Shown piece by piece: positions 45,173 to 55,409 of a stretch of DNA of 64,000 nucleotides. Made by a program: the position numbers and the translations under genes. The stretch spans positions 141,639 to 205,638 of the forward strand of contig JAQTUX010000001.1 of the NCBI GenBank assembly GCA_028707125.1, given 5' to 3'. The notes beneath the pieces were generated by a model, which was not told the origin of the DNA, made no database searches, and saw only the letters and a program-made list of their open reading frames with translations. The DNA comes from Candidatus Omnitrophota bacterium. GTDB taxonomy: Bacteria; Omnitrophota; Gorgyraeia; Gygaellales; JAQTUX01. How positions within the stretch are numbered: position 1 is the first letter of the stretch; the number at the start of each line of letters is the position of its first letter.

Positions 45173-45226
45173 AAGGGCGGCTCAGATTATCCGATCAAGG
45201 ATAAAACGGGCCGCCCTTATTTTTAA
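45173..45226 (+). terminator. intrinsic terminator (9-bp GC stem aagggcggc/gccgccctt with internal mini-hairpin, then AUUUUU)
   Basis: Read directly downstream of small Cys ORF. Confidence 0.55.
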
Positions 45227-45308
45227 ATGATGAGCGTTCAGATTGCCAATTTTCCACTTGAGCGCTTCAACTTATAGTAATATAATATGATTCCTACAAG
45301 GAGGGGAC

Positions 45309-45629
45309 ATGATCACTTATGAAGATTTTGCCAAGTTAGAACTGAAAGTAGCTACAATTAAAGAAGTTACAGAGCATCCCAACGCGGACCGGCTGTATGT
45401 GGTGAAGGTTGACTGCGGAGGCGAAGAAAAGCAGCTGGTCGCCGGCATCAGATCATCCTACACAAAAGAGGAATTAGTGGGAAAGCAGGTGGCAGTGGTC
45501 TATAATCTGGCGCCCGCGCTGTTGCGGGGCGTGGAAAGCCAGGGCATGATACTGGCTGCCAGCGATGAAAAGGGCATCGCGGTGCTCACGCTGGACAAAC
45601 CTGTTGCCAACGGCTCAAAGATAAAATAA
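45309..45629 (+). CDS. CsaA/EMAP-type tRNA-binding domain protein
   Basis: Typical tRNA-binding-domain sequence (KLELKVATIKEVTEHPNADRLYVVKVDCG ... VAGIRS). Confidence 0.8.
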   Translation: MITYEDFAKLELKVATIKEVTEHPNADRLYVVKVDCGGEEKQLVAGIRSSYTKEELVGKQVAVVYNLAPALLRGVESQGMILAASDEKGIAVLTLDKPVANGSKIK

Positions 45630-45631
45630 GG

Positions 45632-47185
45632 ATGTCGACAAACAGGTCGTTAGCCAAATCAGCGGGTATCATAGGATCGGGGATATTTACCTCCCGCGTG
45701 CTGGGATTTATAAGGGATATGGTCATAGCCAACTTTTTCGGCACCGGCGCCATCGCCCAGTCATTTGTAGTAGCGTTCAGGATCCCCAATCTGCTGCGCG
45801 ATTTTGTGGGCGAAGGCGCTACGAATTCCGCGTTCGTGCCGGTTTTCAGCGACTATCGGCTTAAATCCAGCAAGGAGGAATTTTGGGGCCTGGCCAGCGT
45901 AGTGTTAAATATCCTTATCGTAGTCCTGGCAGCTGTCACGCTTTCAGGCATAGTTCTGTCCCCCTGGATAGTGCGGCTTATGGCCCCCGGTTTCATGGCC
46001 GACCCGGAGAAATTGAGGATCAGTATATTCCTCAACCGGCTTGTATTTCCCTACATATTCTTTGTAGGGCTGGCAGCGTTCGCGGCCGGGCTTCTGAACA
46101 CGCTCAAACATTTTTCCACCTCTGCCTTTGCCTCATGTTTCCTGAATCTGTCCCTGATAATATTTGTAAGCGTATGGCATGAAGGGACTGCCGGCCTGGT
46201 TACAGGGGTGTTGCTGGGCGGGATGCTGCAGTTGGGTGTGCAGGTGCCGCCTCTGTTGAAAAGAGGGTTCAGGATAGATCTTTTTAAGAAATGGCGCCAC
46301 CCCGGCGCCACGCAGATAGGCCGGCTTATGCTGCCGCGCCTTGCCTCAAGCAGTATCTACCAGCTTAATGCCTTCGTCCACACCATATTCGCTTCTTTTG
46401 CTTTGGTCGTCGGTGAAGGGGCCGTGGCAGCCCTGTATTTTGCCAACCGCCTGTTCCAGTTCCCCCTGGCGATCTTTGCCATCGCGCTTTCTCAGGCGAT
46501 CCTGCCTTCTATGTCCGAGGACGCGGCCGCGGGCAGCATAGAAGAGCTGAAACGTAAGCTGTCGTTCGGCCTGCGCTCCGCCTTTCTTCTGGTCGTGCCT
46601 TCCTCCATCGGGCTGATAGCGCTGGCCCATCCGATCGTGAGCATATTGTTTGAAAGAGGGAAATTCAGCGCGTACTCCACCCGGATCACTTCTGAGGCGC
46701 TGGCATTTTATTGCATCGCGCTTTTCGCGTATGCCGCTTCCAACATCCTCATATCCTGTTTCTTTTCCCTCAAGGATACGCGCACCCCGGCGAAGACAGC
46801 CTTTGCCACGTTCATAATCAACGTCATATTGAGCGCCATTCTTATGTGGCCGCTGAGGATAAAAGGGCTGGCATTGAGCATGTCCCTGGCGGGGATAGTA
46901 AATTTTCTGGTTTTGTTCCATACGCTGCAGCGGAAGATCGGCGCGCTGGGCGCGGCCAGGATCTTCCGTTGTTTCTTGAAGATACTGCTGGCGTCTTTTG
47001 TGATGGCGCTTATATGTAAGTTGGTTTACGCCGGGCTCGCGTTGTCGGCCCACACTGTTTATGCCAGGGCGTGCGCGCTTATCGTTACTTTGGCCTCCGC
47101 CATGCTCACATTTGTCCTGGCCGCGCTCTTATTCAGGGTCTCCGAGATGGGAGAACTTCTAAAATGGCTCTTCAGAAGGCGGTAG
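45632..47185 (+). CDS. murJ: lipid II flippase MurJ (MviN)
   Basis: 517 aa, 14 TM, conserved N-terminal region (FFGTGAIAQSFVVAFRIPNLLRDFVGEGATNSAFVPVF). Confidence 0.9.
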   Translation: MSTNRSLAKSAGIIGSGIFTSRVLGFIRDMVIANFFGTGAIAQSFVVAFRIPNLLRDFVGEGATNSAFVPVFSDYRLKSSKEEFWGLASVVLNILIVVLAAVTLSGIVLSPWIVRLMAPGFMADPEKLRISIFLNRLVFPYIFFVGLAAFAAGLLNTLKHFSTSAFASCFLNLSLIIFVSVWHEGTAGLVTGVLLGGMLQLGVQVPPLLKRGFRIDLFKKWRHPGATQIGRLMLPRLASSSIYQLNAFVHTIFASFALVVGEGAVAALYFANRLFQFPLAIFAIALSQAILPSMSEDAAAGSIEELKRKLSFGLRSAFLLVVPSSIGLIALAHPIVSILFERGKFSAYSTRITSEALAFYCIALFAYAASNILISCFFSLKDTRTPAKTAFATFIINVILSAILMWPLRIKGLALSMSLAGIVNFLVLFHTLQRKIGALGAARIFRCFLKILLASFVMALICKLVYAGLALSAHTVYARACALIVTLASAMLTFVLAALLFRVSEMGELLKWLFRRR

Positions 47186-48789
47186 GCGGTAAAAGGCATA
47201 TTCTCTGGCTGCCGCTCATTTTTATTTTACCTTTTATTATTTACGCGAATAGTCTGCACAATGACTTTTTACGGGGCGGGGCAGACGACGAAGAGATAAT
47301 CCTGCGCAATCATTACCTGCGCAGCTGGGAGTTCCTGCCGCGATATTTTACCCAGAATTATAAGGCCGGTTCAGGCGGCATATCAAATTTCTGGCGCCCT
47401 TTTCAATTGGCCGCCTATAGATTTATCGCGCAATTCGCGGGGATAAAACCCTTGCCGTTTCATATAGCCAGCATCTTGTTCCATGCCTTATGCGGCGTTT
47501 TCCTGTATTTGATACTTTCGCGCCTGTTCCACGGTAAAAATATCCCGCGGGCATTTATCGGCTCCACGGTATTGTTATGGCTGGCGCATCCCATACACAA
47601 TGAAGAGCTGGCAGTTACCTCGGGGATCGCCTCGCCTTCTTACCTGTTCTGGATGCTGCTGGCCTTGTACGCGTTTATCCGTTTTAAGAAAGGCGGCAGG
47701 ATAGGGTGGTATGCTGTTTCCCTGTCGGGTTTCGCCTTTTCGCTTTTTTCCAAGGAGAGCGCGGTTATTTTTCCCGCGCTTTTGCTTGGCATGCATTTTT
47801 TCGGCGCGCGTTCGGGATTATTTTCAAAACAGGGCCCGGCCGCGTTATTCAAGCAGCACGCCGCGTTCTGGTTGATGTCGGCATTTTACGTATTGTCGCG
47901 CCTGACATTCCTGAATTTCAGCAATACGCTGAACTTCTACGGCCAGGCCAATATTTTTACCGAGAACTTTATTTATCGCCTGTACACTTTATTCACGGTA
48001 CTTGTCCGCGGTTTAAAAATATTATTTTTTCCCGCCGGCCTGCATCCTGAGAGCTCCTGGCCGGTATTTACGGACTTTTTTTCCATCCAGGTGCTGTTTT
48101 CCGCCCTGATTTTAGCGGCTCTGTTGATTTTATTCGCCGTAAATTATAAGAAGAGGCCGCTTTTTGCCTTTGGCTTGTTCTGGCTCTTTGTCAGTTATCT
48201 GCCGATGAGCAACCTGATAGCTAAAATAAACGCCATTGTCTGGGACCATTGGTTCTACGCGCCTTCGGCAGGAATTCTGTTTTGCCTGGTGTCTCTGGCG
48301 GAAGGCCGCAATACGCGCAGGGCCGCGTTCGTTATATTGGTCCCCGCGATAATTATTTTTAGCGGGCTGACCATCTCCCGCAATAAATATTGGAAAGACA
48401 CGGAGGCGGTATCAAGGTTCATCCTGCGCTATGAGCCGCGGTCCGCCAAGACCTGGAACAATCTGGCTATATCTCTGGACAGCAAGGGCCAATATATGGA
48501 GGCGATAAATCATTATCTTAAGGCCATATCCATAAGCGACACCTATGCCCAGAGCCACCACAATTTAGCCAATACCTACTTGCGGTTGAGGCAGTATGAC
48601 CTCGCCGAGAAAGAATACCTGAAGGCGATCGAGTTGGACGCCGCTTTTTACCATTCGCACGCGGGATTGGGCAACCTTTATCTTATGAAGGGCATGGAAG
48701 ACAGGGCCGCGGATCATTTCAGGAAGGCGCTGGCGATCTATCCGTATTTACCCGAGATCAGGAAATTTTTAGAGCGTAATGATAGATAA
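47164..48789 (+). CDS. GT-C (PMT_2/GT39-like) membrane glycosyltransferase with C-terminal TPR repeats (TMTC-like)
   Basis: DE motif in loop 1 (RGGADDEEII), ~10 TM, C-terminal TPR repeats (WNNLAISLDSKGQYMEAINHYLKAI ...). Confidence 0.7.
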   Translation: MALQKAVGGKRHILWLPLIFILPFIIYANSLHNDFLRGGADDEEIILRNHYLRSWEFLPRYFTQNYKAGSGGISNFWRPFQLAAYRFIAQFAGIKPLPFHIASILFHALCGVFLYLILSRLFHGKNIPRAFIGSTVLLWLAHPIHNEELAVTSGIASPSYLFWMLLALYAFIRFKKGGRIGWYAVSLSGFAFSLFSKESAVIFPALLLGMHFFGARSGLFSKQGPAALFKQHAAFWLMSAFYVLSRLTFLNFSNTLNFYGQANIFTENFIYRLYTLFTVLVRGLKILFFPAGLHPESSWPVFTDFFSIQVLFSALILAALLILFAVNYKKRPLFAFGLFWLFVSYLPMSNLIAKINAIVWDHWFYAPSAGILFCLVSLAEGRNTRRAAFVILVPAIIIFSGLTISRNKYWKDTEAVSRFILRYEPRSAKTWNNLAISLDSKGQYMEAINHYLKAISISDTYAQSHHNLANTYLRLRQYDLAEKEYLKAIELDAAFYHSHAGLGNLYLMKGMEDRAADHFRKALAIYPYLPEIRKFLERNDR

Positions 48790-50017
48790 AGTTATTATTA
48801 AGAAAGCGCCCGATTCTCCCGGCGTGTACCTGATGAAGGACGCTCAGGGAGGGATCGTGTATGTGGGCAAGGCGGTCTCTCTTAAGAAGCGCCTGGCCTC
48901 ATATTTCACCCCGCCTTATAACGCCAAGACCGAGGCAATGCTTTCCAATGCCGCGCGGGTCGATCTTGTCGGCGCCCGGACAGAGGCAGAGGCGCTTTTG
49001 CTTGAGGCGCGCCTGATAAAGCAATACCGGCCGAAATACAATATTTCCCTGAAGGACGATAAGAGTTATCCTTTCGTAAAGATAACCAAAGAGAAGTTCC
49101 CTTCGATCTTTATCTGCCGCGGCCGCAAGGACGACGGCGCGACGTATTTAGGGCCGTTTACCAGCGCGAAATTATTGAGACAGGCGTTGAAGACAGCCAG
49201 GTCTGTCTTCGGGTTCAGGGACTGCGCCTGCAGGATACCGTCTAAAAAACCCTCTCTTTATTACCGGCTGGGGCTATGCCCCGGCCCTTGCATCGGGGCT
49301 ATATCCGAGAAAGAATACAGGAATGTCGTAAAAAACGTCAGGATGTTCCTTGAGGGCAGGTACGAAGATGTAGTAAGGAAGCTTTCCGCGAAGATGCGGG
49401 AGCTCTCGCGGCAGCAGAGGTTTGAACAGGCGGCCCTGGTTCGCGACAAGATCAACGCTTTGGGCGCGGTCAGCCCCGGGACAGGGCTGTTAAGCGAACA
49501 CAAGAAAGAGATCGGCGAGTTAAAGGACCTGCTGGGGTTGAAGTTAATGCCGCGGAGCATTGAGGCGTTTGACATCTCCAACATCTCCAGCACGGCCGCG
49601 GTGGGCTCAATGGTCAGTTTTTACGAGGGCCTGCCGGATAAGGATAATTACAGGCGTTTCAAAATAAAAGGCGTTTCCGGCATAGACGATTACGCTATGA
49701 TGCGAGAGGTTGTCAGGAGGCGTTGCGAGCGGCTTATGAAGGAAGGTAAGGAGTATCCCGATCTGATCGTTATTGACGGAGGCATAGGCCACCTTAATTC
49801 TGCCGTAAGCGTCCTGGAGGAGCTGCGCCTCAATATACCCGTGATCAGTATAGCCAAACAGGAAGAAAAGATCTATGTAAAAGGCAGGACAGGGCCGCTT
49901 GATCTTAACCTGGATTCTCCGGCGATGCATTTGATCCAGCGTATCAGGAATGAGGCGCACAGGTTCGCGCTGAAGTATCATAGGTTCTTGAGGAAGAAGA
50001 GGACTTTAGAAGCGTAG
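48779..50017 (+). CDS. uvrC: excinuclease UvrC homolog lacking C-terminal (HhH)2 domain
   Basis: GIY-YIG N-terminus (GVYLMKDAQGGIVYVGKA), UVR motif (RFEQAALVRDKINAL), RNaseH-like endonuclease domain; ORF ends at 412 aa. Confidence 0.75.
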   Translation: MIDKVIIKKAPDSPGVYLMKDAQGGIVYVGKAVSLKKRLASYFTPPYNAKTEAMLSNAARVDLVGARTEAEALLLEARLIKQYRPKYNISLKDDKSYPFVKITKEKFPSIFICRGRKDDGATYLGPFTSAKLLRQALKTARSVFGFRDCACRIPSKKPSLYYRLGLCPGPCIGAISEKEYRNVVKNVRMFLEGRYEDVVRKLSAKMRELSRQQRFEQAALVRDKINALGAVSPGTGLLSEHKKEIGELKDLLGLKLMPRSIEAFDISNISSTAAVGSMVSFYEGLPDKDNYRRFKIKGVSGIDDYAMMREVVRRRCERLMKEGKEYPDLIVIDGGIGHLNSAVSVLEELRLNIPVISIAKQEEKIYVKGRTGPLDLNLDSPAMHLIQRIRNEAHRFALKYHRFLRKKRTLEA

Positions 50018-50054
50018 AAGAGACCCCACACTTACGTGTGGGGAATGGCAATCT

Positions 50055-50339
50055 ATGAAACTGACTGATTTCGAAAAAAAGGTATACAGAGTTGTATCCA
50101 AAATACCCCTGGGGGAGGCGCGCAGTTACAGATGGGTGGCGGCCAAAGCAGGCAGGCCGCGCGCGTATAGGGCCGTGGGCAACGCCTTAAACAAGAACCC
50201 CTTCGCGCCGTATGTGCCCTGCCACCGCGTGGTCAGATCAGACGGTTCATTGGGCGGCTTTGCCCGGGGGGCCGCGGCCAAGAATAAACTTTTAAGGCGG
50301 GAAAAAGAGATAGCCAAAATCATTAAATTGGTGATATAA
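50055..50339 (+). CDS. ogt: methylated-DNA-protein-cysteine methyltransferase (DNA-binding/active-site domain only)
   Basis: PCHRVV active-site motif. Confidence 0.8.
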   Translation: MKLTDFEKKVYRVVSKIPLGEARSYRWVAAKAGRPRAYRAVGNALNKNPFAPYVPCHRVVRSDGSLGGFARGAAAKNKLLRREKEIAKIIKLVI

Positions 50340-50367
50340 TGAAACGCTATTTATAAAAGGAGGAAGC

Positions 50368-51441
50368 ATGGACGTCAAAGGCCTTCTAAAAGAGTTGGTT
50401 GAGCGCAACGGCTCCGATCTGTTCCTAAGGGCAGGCAGCCCTGTGAGGATGAGGATAGACGGCACGCTGAGCGAGCCCGGGGGTAAGCCGGTGAGCGTTG
50501 AGGAGATGCAGAAGATCGTATGCGATGTCGCTTCAGAGCAGCAGAGGAAGGCCTTTGAGCAATGTATGGACGTTGATTTCGCGCTTTACGTATCTGATTT
50601 TGACAGAAGGTTCAGGGTCAGCATATTCATCCAGCGCAATACCCCTTCAATAGTAATAAGGAACGTAAACAACGTGATCCTGGATTTTGACCAGTTGCAC
50701 CTTCCCGGCGATACGCTTAAAAAACTCTGCCAGGAGGCCAGGGGGCTGGTGCTTCTTACCGGCTCAATGGGAAGCGGAAAATCCACGGCCATAGCCAGCA
50801 TGATAGAATACATCAATAATAATTCTTGCAAGCATGTGCTTACCATCGAAGAGCCGATAGAATTCACGTTTAAGGACAAGCGCTCTCTTATCAATCAGAG
50901 AGAGTTGGGGCTTGATGTTTCGTCTTACCCGGCGGCGCTGCGCGCCTTTACGCTGCAGAGCCCGGATGTGATCTTCATCGGCAATATACGCGACGCGGAA
51001 ACGATGAAGGCGGCCATGACCGCCGCCGAGACAGGCGTATTGGTGTTCAGCACGCTGCACACGGTTAACGCGCCTCAGACGGTGGAAAGGATAGTGAATT
51101 TCTTCCCGCCCTATCAGCACGAAGAAATAAGGAGCGAGCTGTCGGGGCTGCTTAAAGGCACGATATCGCTGCGGCTGCTTTCTCTTAAGAAGGGCGGAGG
51201 CAGGATACCGGCTTATGAGATCATGCTTCTCAGTCCCACGATCGCACGCCTGATACGGGAGAACAACCTCGTGGATATACCCAAATTCATAGAGGAGGGC
51301 GAGATCTACGGGATGAAGTCGTTCAAGCAGTCGCTTATTGATCTGGTCAAGCAGGGCACGGTTTCACAGGAGGACGCGTTGGCGCATTCCGATAACGCGG
51401 ACGAGTTATTACTGTCATTAAAGGGAATAGGAAGGGTTTAA
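50368..51441 (+). CDS. pilT: type IV pilus retraction ATPase PilT
   Basis: Walker A GSMGSGKST, PilT-type His box region. Confidence 0.85.
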   Translation: MDVKGLLKELVERNGSDLFLRAGSPVRMRIDGTLSEPGGKPVSVEEMQKIVCDVASEQQRKAFEQCMDVDFALYVSDFDRRFRVSIFIQRNTPSIVIRNVNNVILDFDQLHLPGDTLKKLCQEARGLVLLTGSMGSGKSTAIASMIEYINNNSCKHVLTIEEPIEFTFKDKRSLINQRELGLDVSSYPAALRAFTLQSPDVIFIGNIRDAETMKAAMTAAETGVLVFSTLHTVNAPQTVERIVNFFPPYQHEEIRSELSGLLKGTISLRLLSLKKGGGRIPAYEIMLLSPTIARLIRENNLVDIPKFIEEGEIYGMKSFKQSLIDLVKQGTVSQEDALAHSDNADELLLSLKGIGRV

Positions 51442-51451
51442 GGAGGTTAAA

Positions 51452-52562
51452 ATGAGCGCGGAGATACGGGCGAGGTTGAAGGAATTGGATAAGAGGGTTC
51501 AGGCGATAAGAGGTTATCTTTGACGTAGATAAAAAGCTAAAAGTCATCTCGGACCTGCAGGACCTGATGTCCCAGCCCAGTTTCTGGCAGGACCAGAATT
51601 CCGCCAATAAGTCCGTGGAGGAATTAAAGTCGCTCAAGGCGGACGTATCCGTCGTGCTTGACCTGCAGAAAAGGATAGAGGAGGCGCAGGAGTTTTTAGA
51701 TATAAGCAACGAAGATAAGGTCATACTGGACCAGATAGAGGAAAATATAAAGGAGATCAGCGGGGAGACAGGGCAGCTTGAATTGAGGGTACTTTTGTCC
51801 GGTGAGTTTGACGCGGGCAGCGCCATCTTGAGCATAAATGCCGGCGCCGGAGGCACGGAATCCTGCGACTGGGCGAATATGCTGCTGCGCATGTACAGCC
51901 GATGGGCGGAGGACAAGGGCTACAAGGTCAGCACTATTGACATATTGTTGGGAGAAGAGGCGGGCATAAAGAACGCCACGCTTCTAATAGAAGGCCGTTT
52001 CGCCTACGGCTACCTTAGATGTGAATCAGGGGTGCACCGCCTGGTGCGTATATCGCCGTTTGACGCCAATAAGAGAAGGCATACGTCTTTTGCCTCTGTG
52101 GAGGCGCTTCCCGAGATAGAAGAGGACATAGAGATAGCCGTAAATCCCTCCGATCTGAGAGTGGATGTTTACCGTTCTTCGGGCGCTGGCGGCCAGAGCG
52201 TAAATACCGCTGATTCCGCGGTAAGGATCACGCATATCCCCACGGGTATAGTTGTATCTTGCCAAAACGAACGCTCCCAGTATCAGAATAAGCAGGTGGC
52301 GATGAAGGTCCTGAAATCCCGGCTCTATACCTTAGAGAGGGAAAAGCAGGCCAGGCAAATGGAGCAGATCGCCGGTAAGAAACAGAAGATCGAATGGGGC
52401 AGCCAGATACGTTCTTACGTGATGCATCCGTATTCGATGGTCAAAGACCACCGCACCGATTTTCAGACCGGTAACGTGCAGGCGGTGATGGACGGCCGGC
52501 TTGACGAGTTTATGCAGGCATATCTGCGAAAGACAGCCAAAGACAGCACCCTTTCCATATGA
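51452..52562 (+). CDS. prfB: peptide chain release factor 2, requires programmed +1 ribosomal frameshift at CUU UGA C (~51518-51524)
   Basis: Upstream 23-codon frame [23 protein letters not shown] ends at UGA; +1 frame continues DVDKKLKV ... matching RF2; internal SD AGAGGU 3 nt before CUU as in E. coli; SPF and GGQ motifs downstream. Confidence 0.85.
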
Positions 52563-55408
52563 TCAATTTTATTCTTCAGAAAATAATCGGCACTCAGAAT
52601 GAGCGCGCGCTCAAGCTTTTAAGCAGGGATATTGAGCGGATAAATTCCTTTGAGCCGCCGCTGGCCAAATTAACCGACCAGCAGCTTAAGGCAAAGACCG
52701 TTGAGTTCAAAGACAGGATCGCCGCCCGGGCGAAGGACTACGAGGCCGAGATAGAAGAGCTGCTGGCAGAACTGGCTGATACCGTGCCGGAAGAGCGGCA
52801 GAAGCTCAAGGAGAGGCTAAGGGGCCTGCGGAATATCGCCTTTGATGAGGTGATCCATGAGGCGTTCGCCGCCGTGCGCGAGGCCGGCCGCAGGAACATA
52901 TCAATGAGGCATTTTGACGCGCAGTTGATCGGCGGGCTGGTCCTGCATTCGGGCAGGATCGCCGAGATGGCTACCGGCGAAGGCAAGACCCTTGTGGCCA
53001 CATTGCCCGTCTACCTTAATGCCCTTCTGGGCAAAGGCGTGCATATCATTACCGTGAACGACTACCTGGCAAGGCGCGACCGGGAGTGGATGGGGCCTAT
53101 TTATGAGGCGCTGGGATTAAGCGTGGGAGTGATACAGCACGATATGAGCCCGGAACAGAGGCGCTTTGCCTATTCCTGCGATATCACTTACGGCACCAAC
53201 AATGAATTCGGGTTTGATTATCTTCGGGACAATATGGTCATAGATAAAGACCAGATGGTGCAGAGGCCTTTTTACTACGCCGTAGTCGACGAGGTTGATT
53301 CCATCCTTATAGATGAAGCAAGGACGCCTTTGATCATATCCGGCCCGGCGGAAGAGTCCACGGATAAATATTATATTATTGACAAGATCATCCCGAAGTT
53401 GAAAGGCAGGATCATACTTGAGAAGGATGAGATAGACGCCAAATACCGGGGAGAGGACCTTTCCCAGGGCTACGACTATATAGTGGACGAGAAGGCGCAT
53501 ACCGCCCACCTTACCGCGGACGGGGAGGCAAAGGCCTGCCAGTTCATAGGTATAGACAATCTGCATGAGATCGACACGATGGAGTACCGCCACCACATCA
53601 TTCAGGCGCTGCGCGCGCACAATCTCTACAAACGCGATGTTGATTACGTGGTCAAGGACGGCGAGGTGCTTATAGTTGATGAGTTTACCGGCCGGCTTAT
53701 GCCGGGCAGGCGCTGGTCAGACGGGCTGCACCAGGCGGTTGAGGCCAAGGAGGGCGTGAAGATAGAAAGGGAAAACCAGACCCTCGCCACCATAACGCTG
53801 CAGAACTATTTTAAGATGTATGAACGGCTCTCAGGCATGACCGGCACCGCCGCCACAGAGGCGCAGGAATTCAAGCACATATACGGGCTGGACGTTGTGA
53901 CCATACCCACAAACAGGCCGCTTATCAGGACGACGTTCTCCGACGCGATCTATAAGACGCAGAATGAAAAGTTCAGCGCTGTGGTAGAGGAGATCGCCGA
54001 ATGCAACAAAAAGGGCAGGCCTGTGTTGGTGGGGACGATCTCGATCGCGAAATCAGAGCATCTTTCCGAGCTGCTGAAAAGGAAAGGCATAGAGCATAAT
54101 GTGCTGAACGCCAAATACCACGAAATGGAGGCCCAGATAGTGGCGCAGGCAGGGAGGTTCAAGGCGGTGACGATCGCCACCAATATGGCGGGCCGCGGCA
54201 CCGACATACTCCTGGGCGGAAATCCCGAGTATATGGCAAAGAGCATCGCCTCCCAGCAGGGGCTTGACTACAATAATCCGGAACACAGGGATGGATACAG
54301 GGACATCCTCACTTCTTTAAAGGCCAAGGCCGAAAAGGAGCATAACGACGTCGTGGGCGTCGGAGGGCTGCATGTAATAGGCACGGAGAGGCATGAGGCA
54401 AGGCGCATAGATAATCAGTTGAGGGGCCGCACCGGCAGGCAGGGAGACCCCGGCTCTTCCAGGTTTTTCGTTTCCCTCGGGGACGACCTTATGCGGCTTT
54501 TTGGCTCCGACAGGATAGCCGGCCTGATGGAAAAATTAGGCATGGAAGAAGGCCAGGTAATTGAACACCCCTGGGTTACGAAATCAATTGAGATCGCGCA
54601 GAAGAGAGTGGAGCAGCATAATTTTGAGATACGCAAGCGCCTGCTGGAATACGACAATGTGATGAACCGGCAGAGGGAGATAATATATAATCAAAGACGG
54701 GAGATACTGGAGGGCGAGGGGCCGGGTTTGGACATAGAAGATATGGTGTCCGAGGCGGTTGACGGCCCGATAAACAGGTATCTGGCGGATAATTTAAGGC
54801 AGGATGAGTGGGACTGGGACGGCCTGTTGTCAGCGCTGCGGTTTACCTTTTCTCAGGCGCCGGAGGCGGATTCCGTTAAGTCGGGATCAAAAGAGGAGGC
54901 GCGGGAGAAGGTGATCCAATTCCTTATGGCGGGTTATCGCGCCAAGATCGCGTCCATGGGCCCATGGGGAGAGCATTTCCAGAAGATGGTATTTTTGCAG
55001 GTCATAGATACAAAATGGAAGGACCACCTTTACGCGATGGATAACCTGCGCGAGGGCATAGGGCTGCGCGCCTACGGCCAGCGCGACCCTTTGATCGAAT
55101 ATCAGCATGAGGGGTATCAGATGTTCCAGGAAATGATCGCCGGCATTAAGAACGAGGCAGTGGAGTTCCTGTTTAAGATACGGCCGGCGGAAACCAGACA
55201 GATAAAGGGGGTATTCACTTCCCTGCGGCAGGAATTCATACATCCTGAAGCCGGGGAAATAAAACAGGAACAGGGGCAAGCGCTCCCGTCCCGTCCCGCG
55301 CCTTTGCCGGCAAAGTCCGCACCGCATCCCGCCGAAAAAAAGGTCGGCAGAAACGACCCCTGCCCTTGCGGAAGCGGAAAAAAATATAAACGTTGCTGCG
55401 GAAAATGA
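52559..55408 (+). CDS. secA: preprotein translocase ATPase SecA
   Basis: 949 aa, Walker A/B, C-terminal zinc finger [14 protein letters not shown]. Confidence 0.95.
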   Translation: MINFILQKIIGTQNERALKLLSRDIERINSFEPPLAKLTDQQLKAKTVEFKDRIAARAKDYEAEIEELLAELADTVPEERQKLKERLRGLRNIAFDEVIHEAFAAVREAGRRNISMRHFDAQLIGGLVLHSGRIAEMATGEGKTLVATLPVYLNALLGKGVHIITVNDYLARRDREWMGPIYEALGLSVGVIQHDMSPEQRRFAYSCDITYGTNNEFGFDYLRDNMVIDKDQMVQRPFYYAVVDEVDSILIDEARTPLIISGPAEESTDKYYIIDKIIPKLKGRIILEKDEIDAKYRGEDLSQGYDYIVDEKAHTAHLTADGEAKACQFIGIDNLHEIDTMEYRHHIIQALRAHNLYKRDVDYVVKDGEVLIVDEFTGRLMPGRRWSDGLHQAVEAKEGVKIERENQTLATITLQNYFKMYERLSGMTGTAATEAQEFKHIYGLDVVTIPTNRPLIRTTFSDAIYKTQNEKFSAVVEEIAECNKKGRPVLVGTISIAKSEHLSELLKRKGIEHNVLNAKYHEMEAQIVAQAGRFKAVTIATNMAGRGTDILLGGNPEYMAKSIASQQGLDYNNPEHRDGYRDILTSLKAKAEKEHNDVVGVGGLHVIGTERHEARRIDNQLRGRTGRQGDPGSSRFFVSLGDDLMRLFGSDRIAGLMEKLGMEEGQVIEHPWVTKSIEIAQKRVEQHNFEIRKRLLEYDNVMNRQREIIYNQRREILEGEGPGLDIEDMVSEAVDGPINRYLADNLRQDEWDWDGLLSALRFTFSQAPEADSVKSGSKEEAREKVIQFLMAGYRAKIASMGPWGEHFQKMVFLQVIDTKWKDHLYAMDNLREGIGLRAYGQRDPLIEYQHEGYQMFQEMIAGIKNEAVEFLFKIRPAETRQIKGVFTSLRQEFIHPEAGEIKQEQGQALPSRPAPLPAKSAPHPAEKKVGRNDPCPCGSGKKYKRCCGK

Positions 55409-55409
55409 A

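Noticed and set aside
46346-47053. 235-aa minus-strand ORF
   Set aside because: Antisense to murJ; protein is Arg/Gln/Gly-rich low-complexity translation of the opposite strand.
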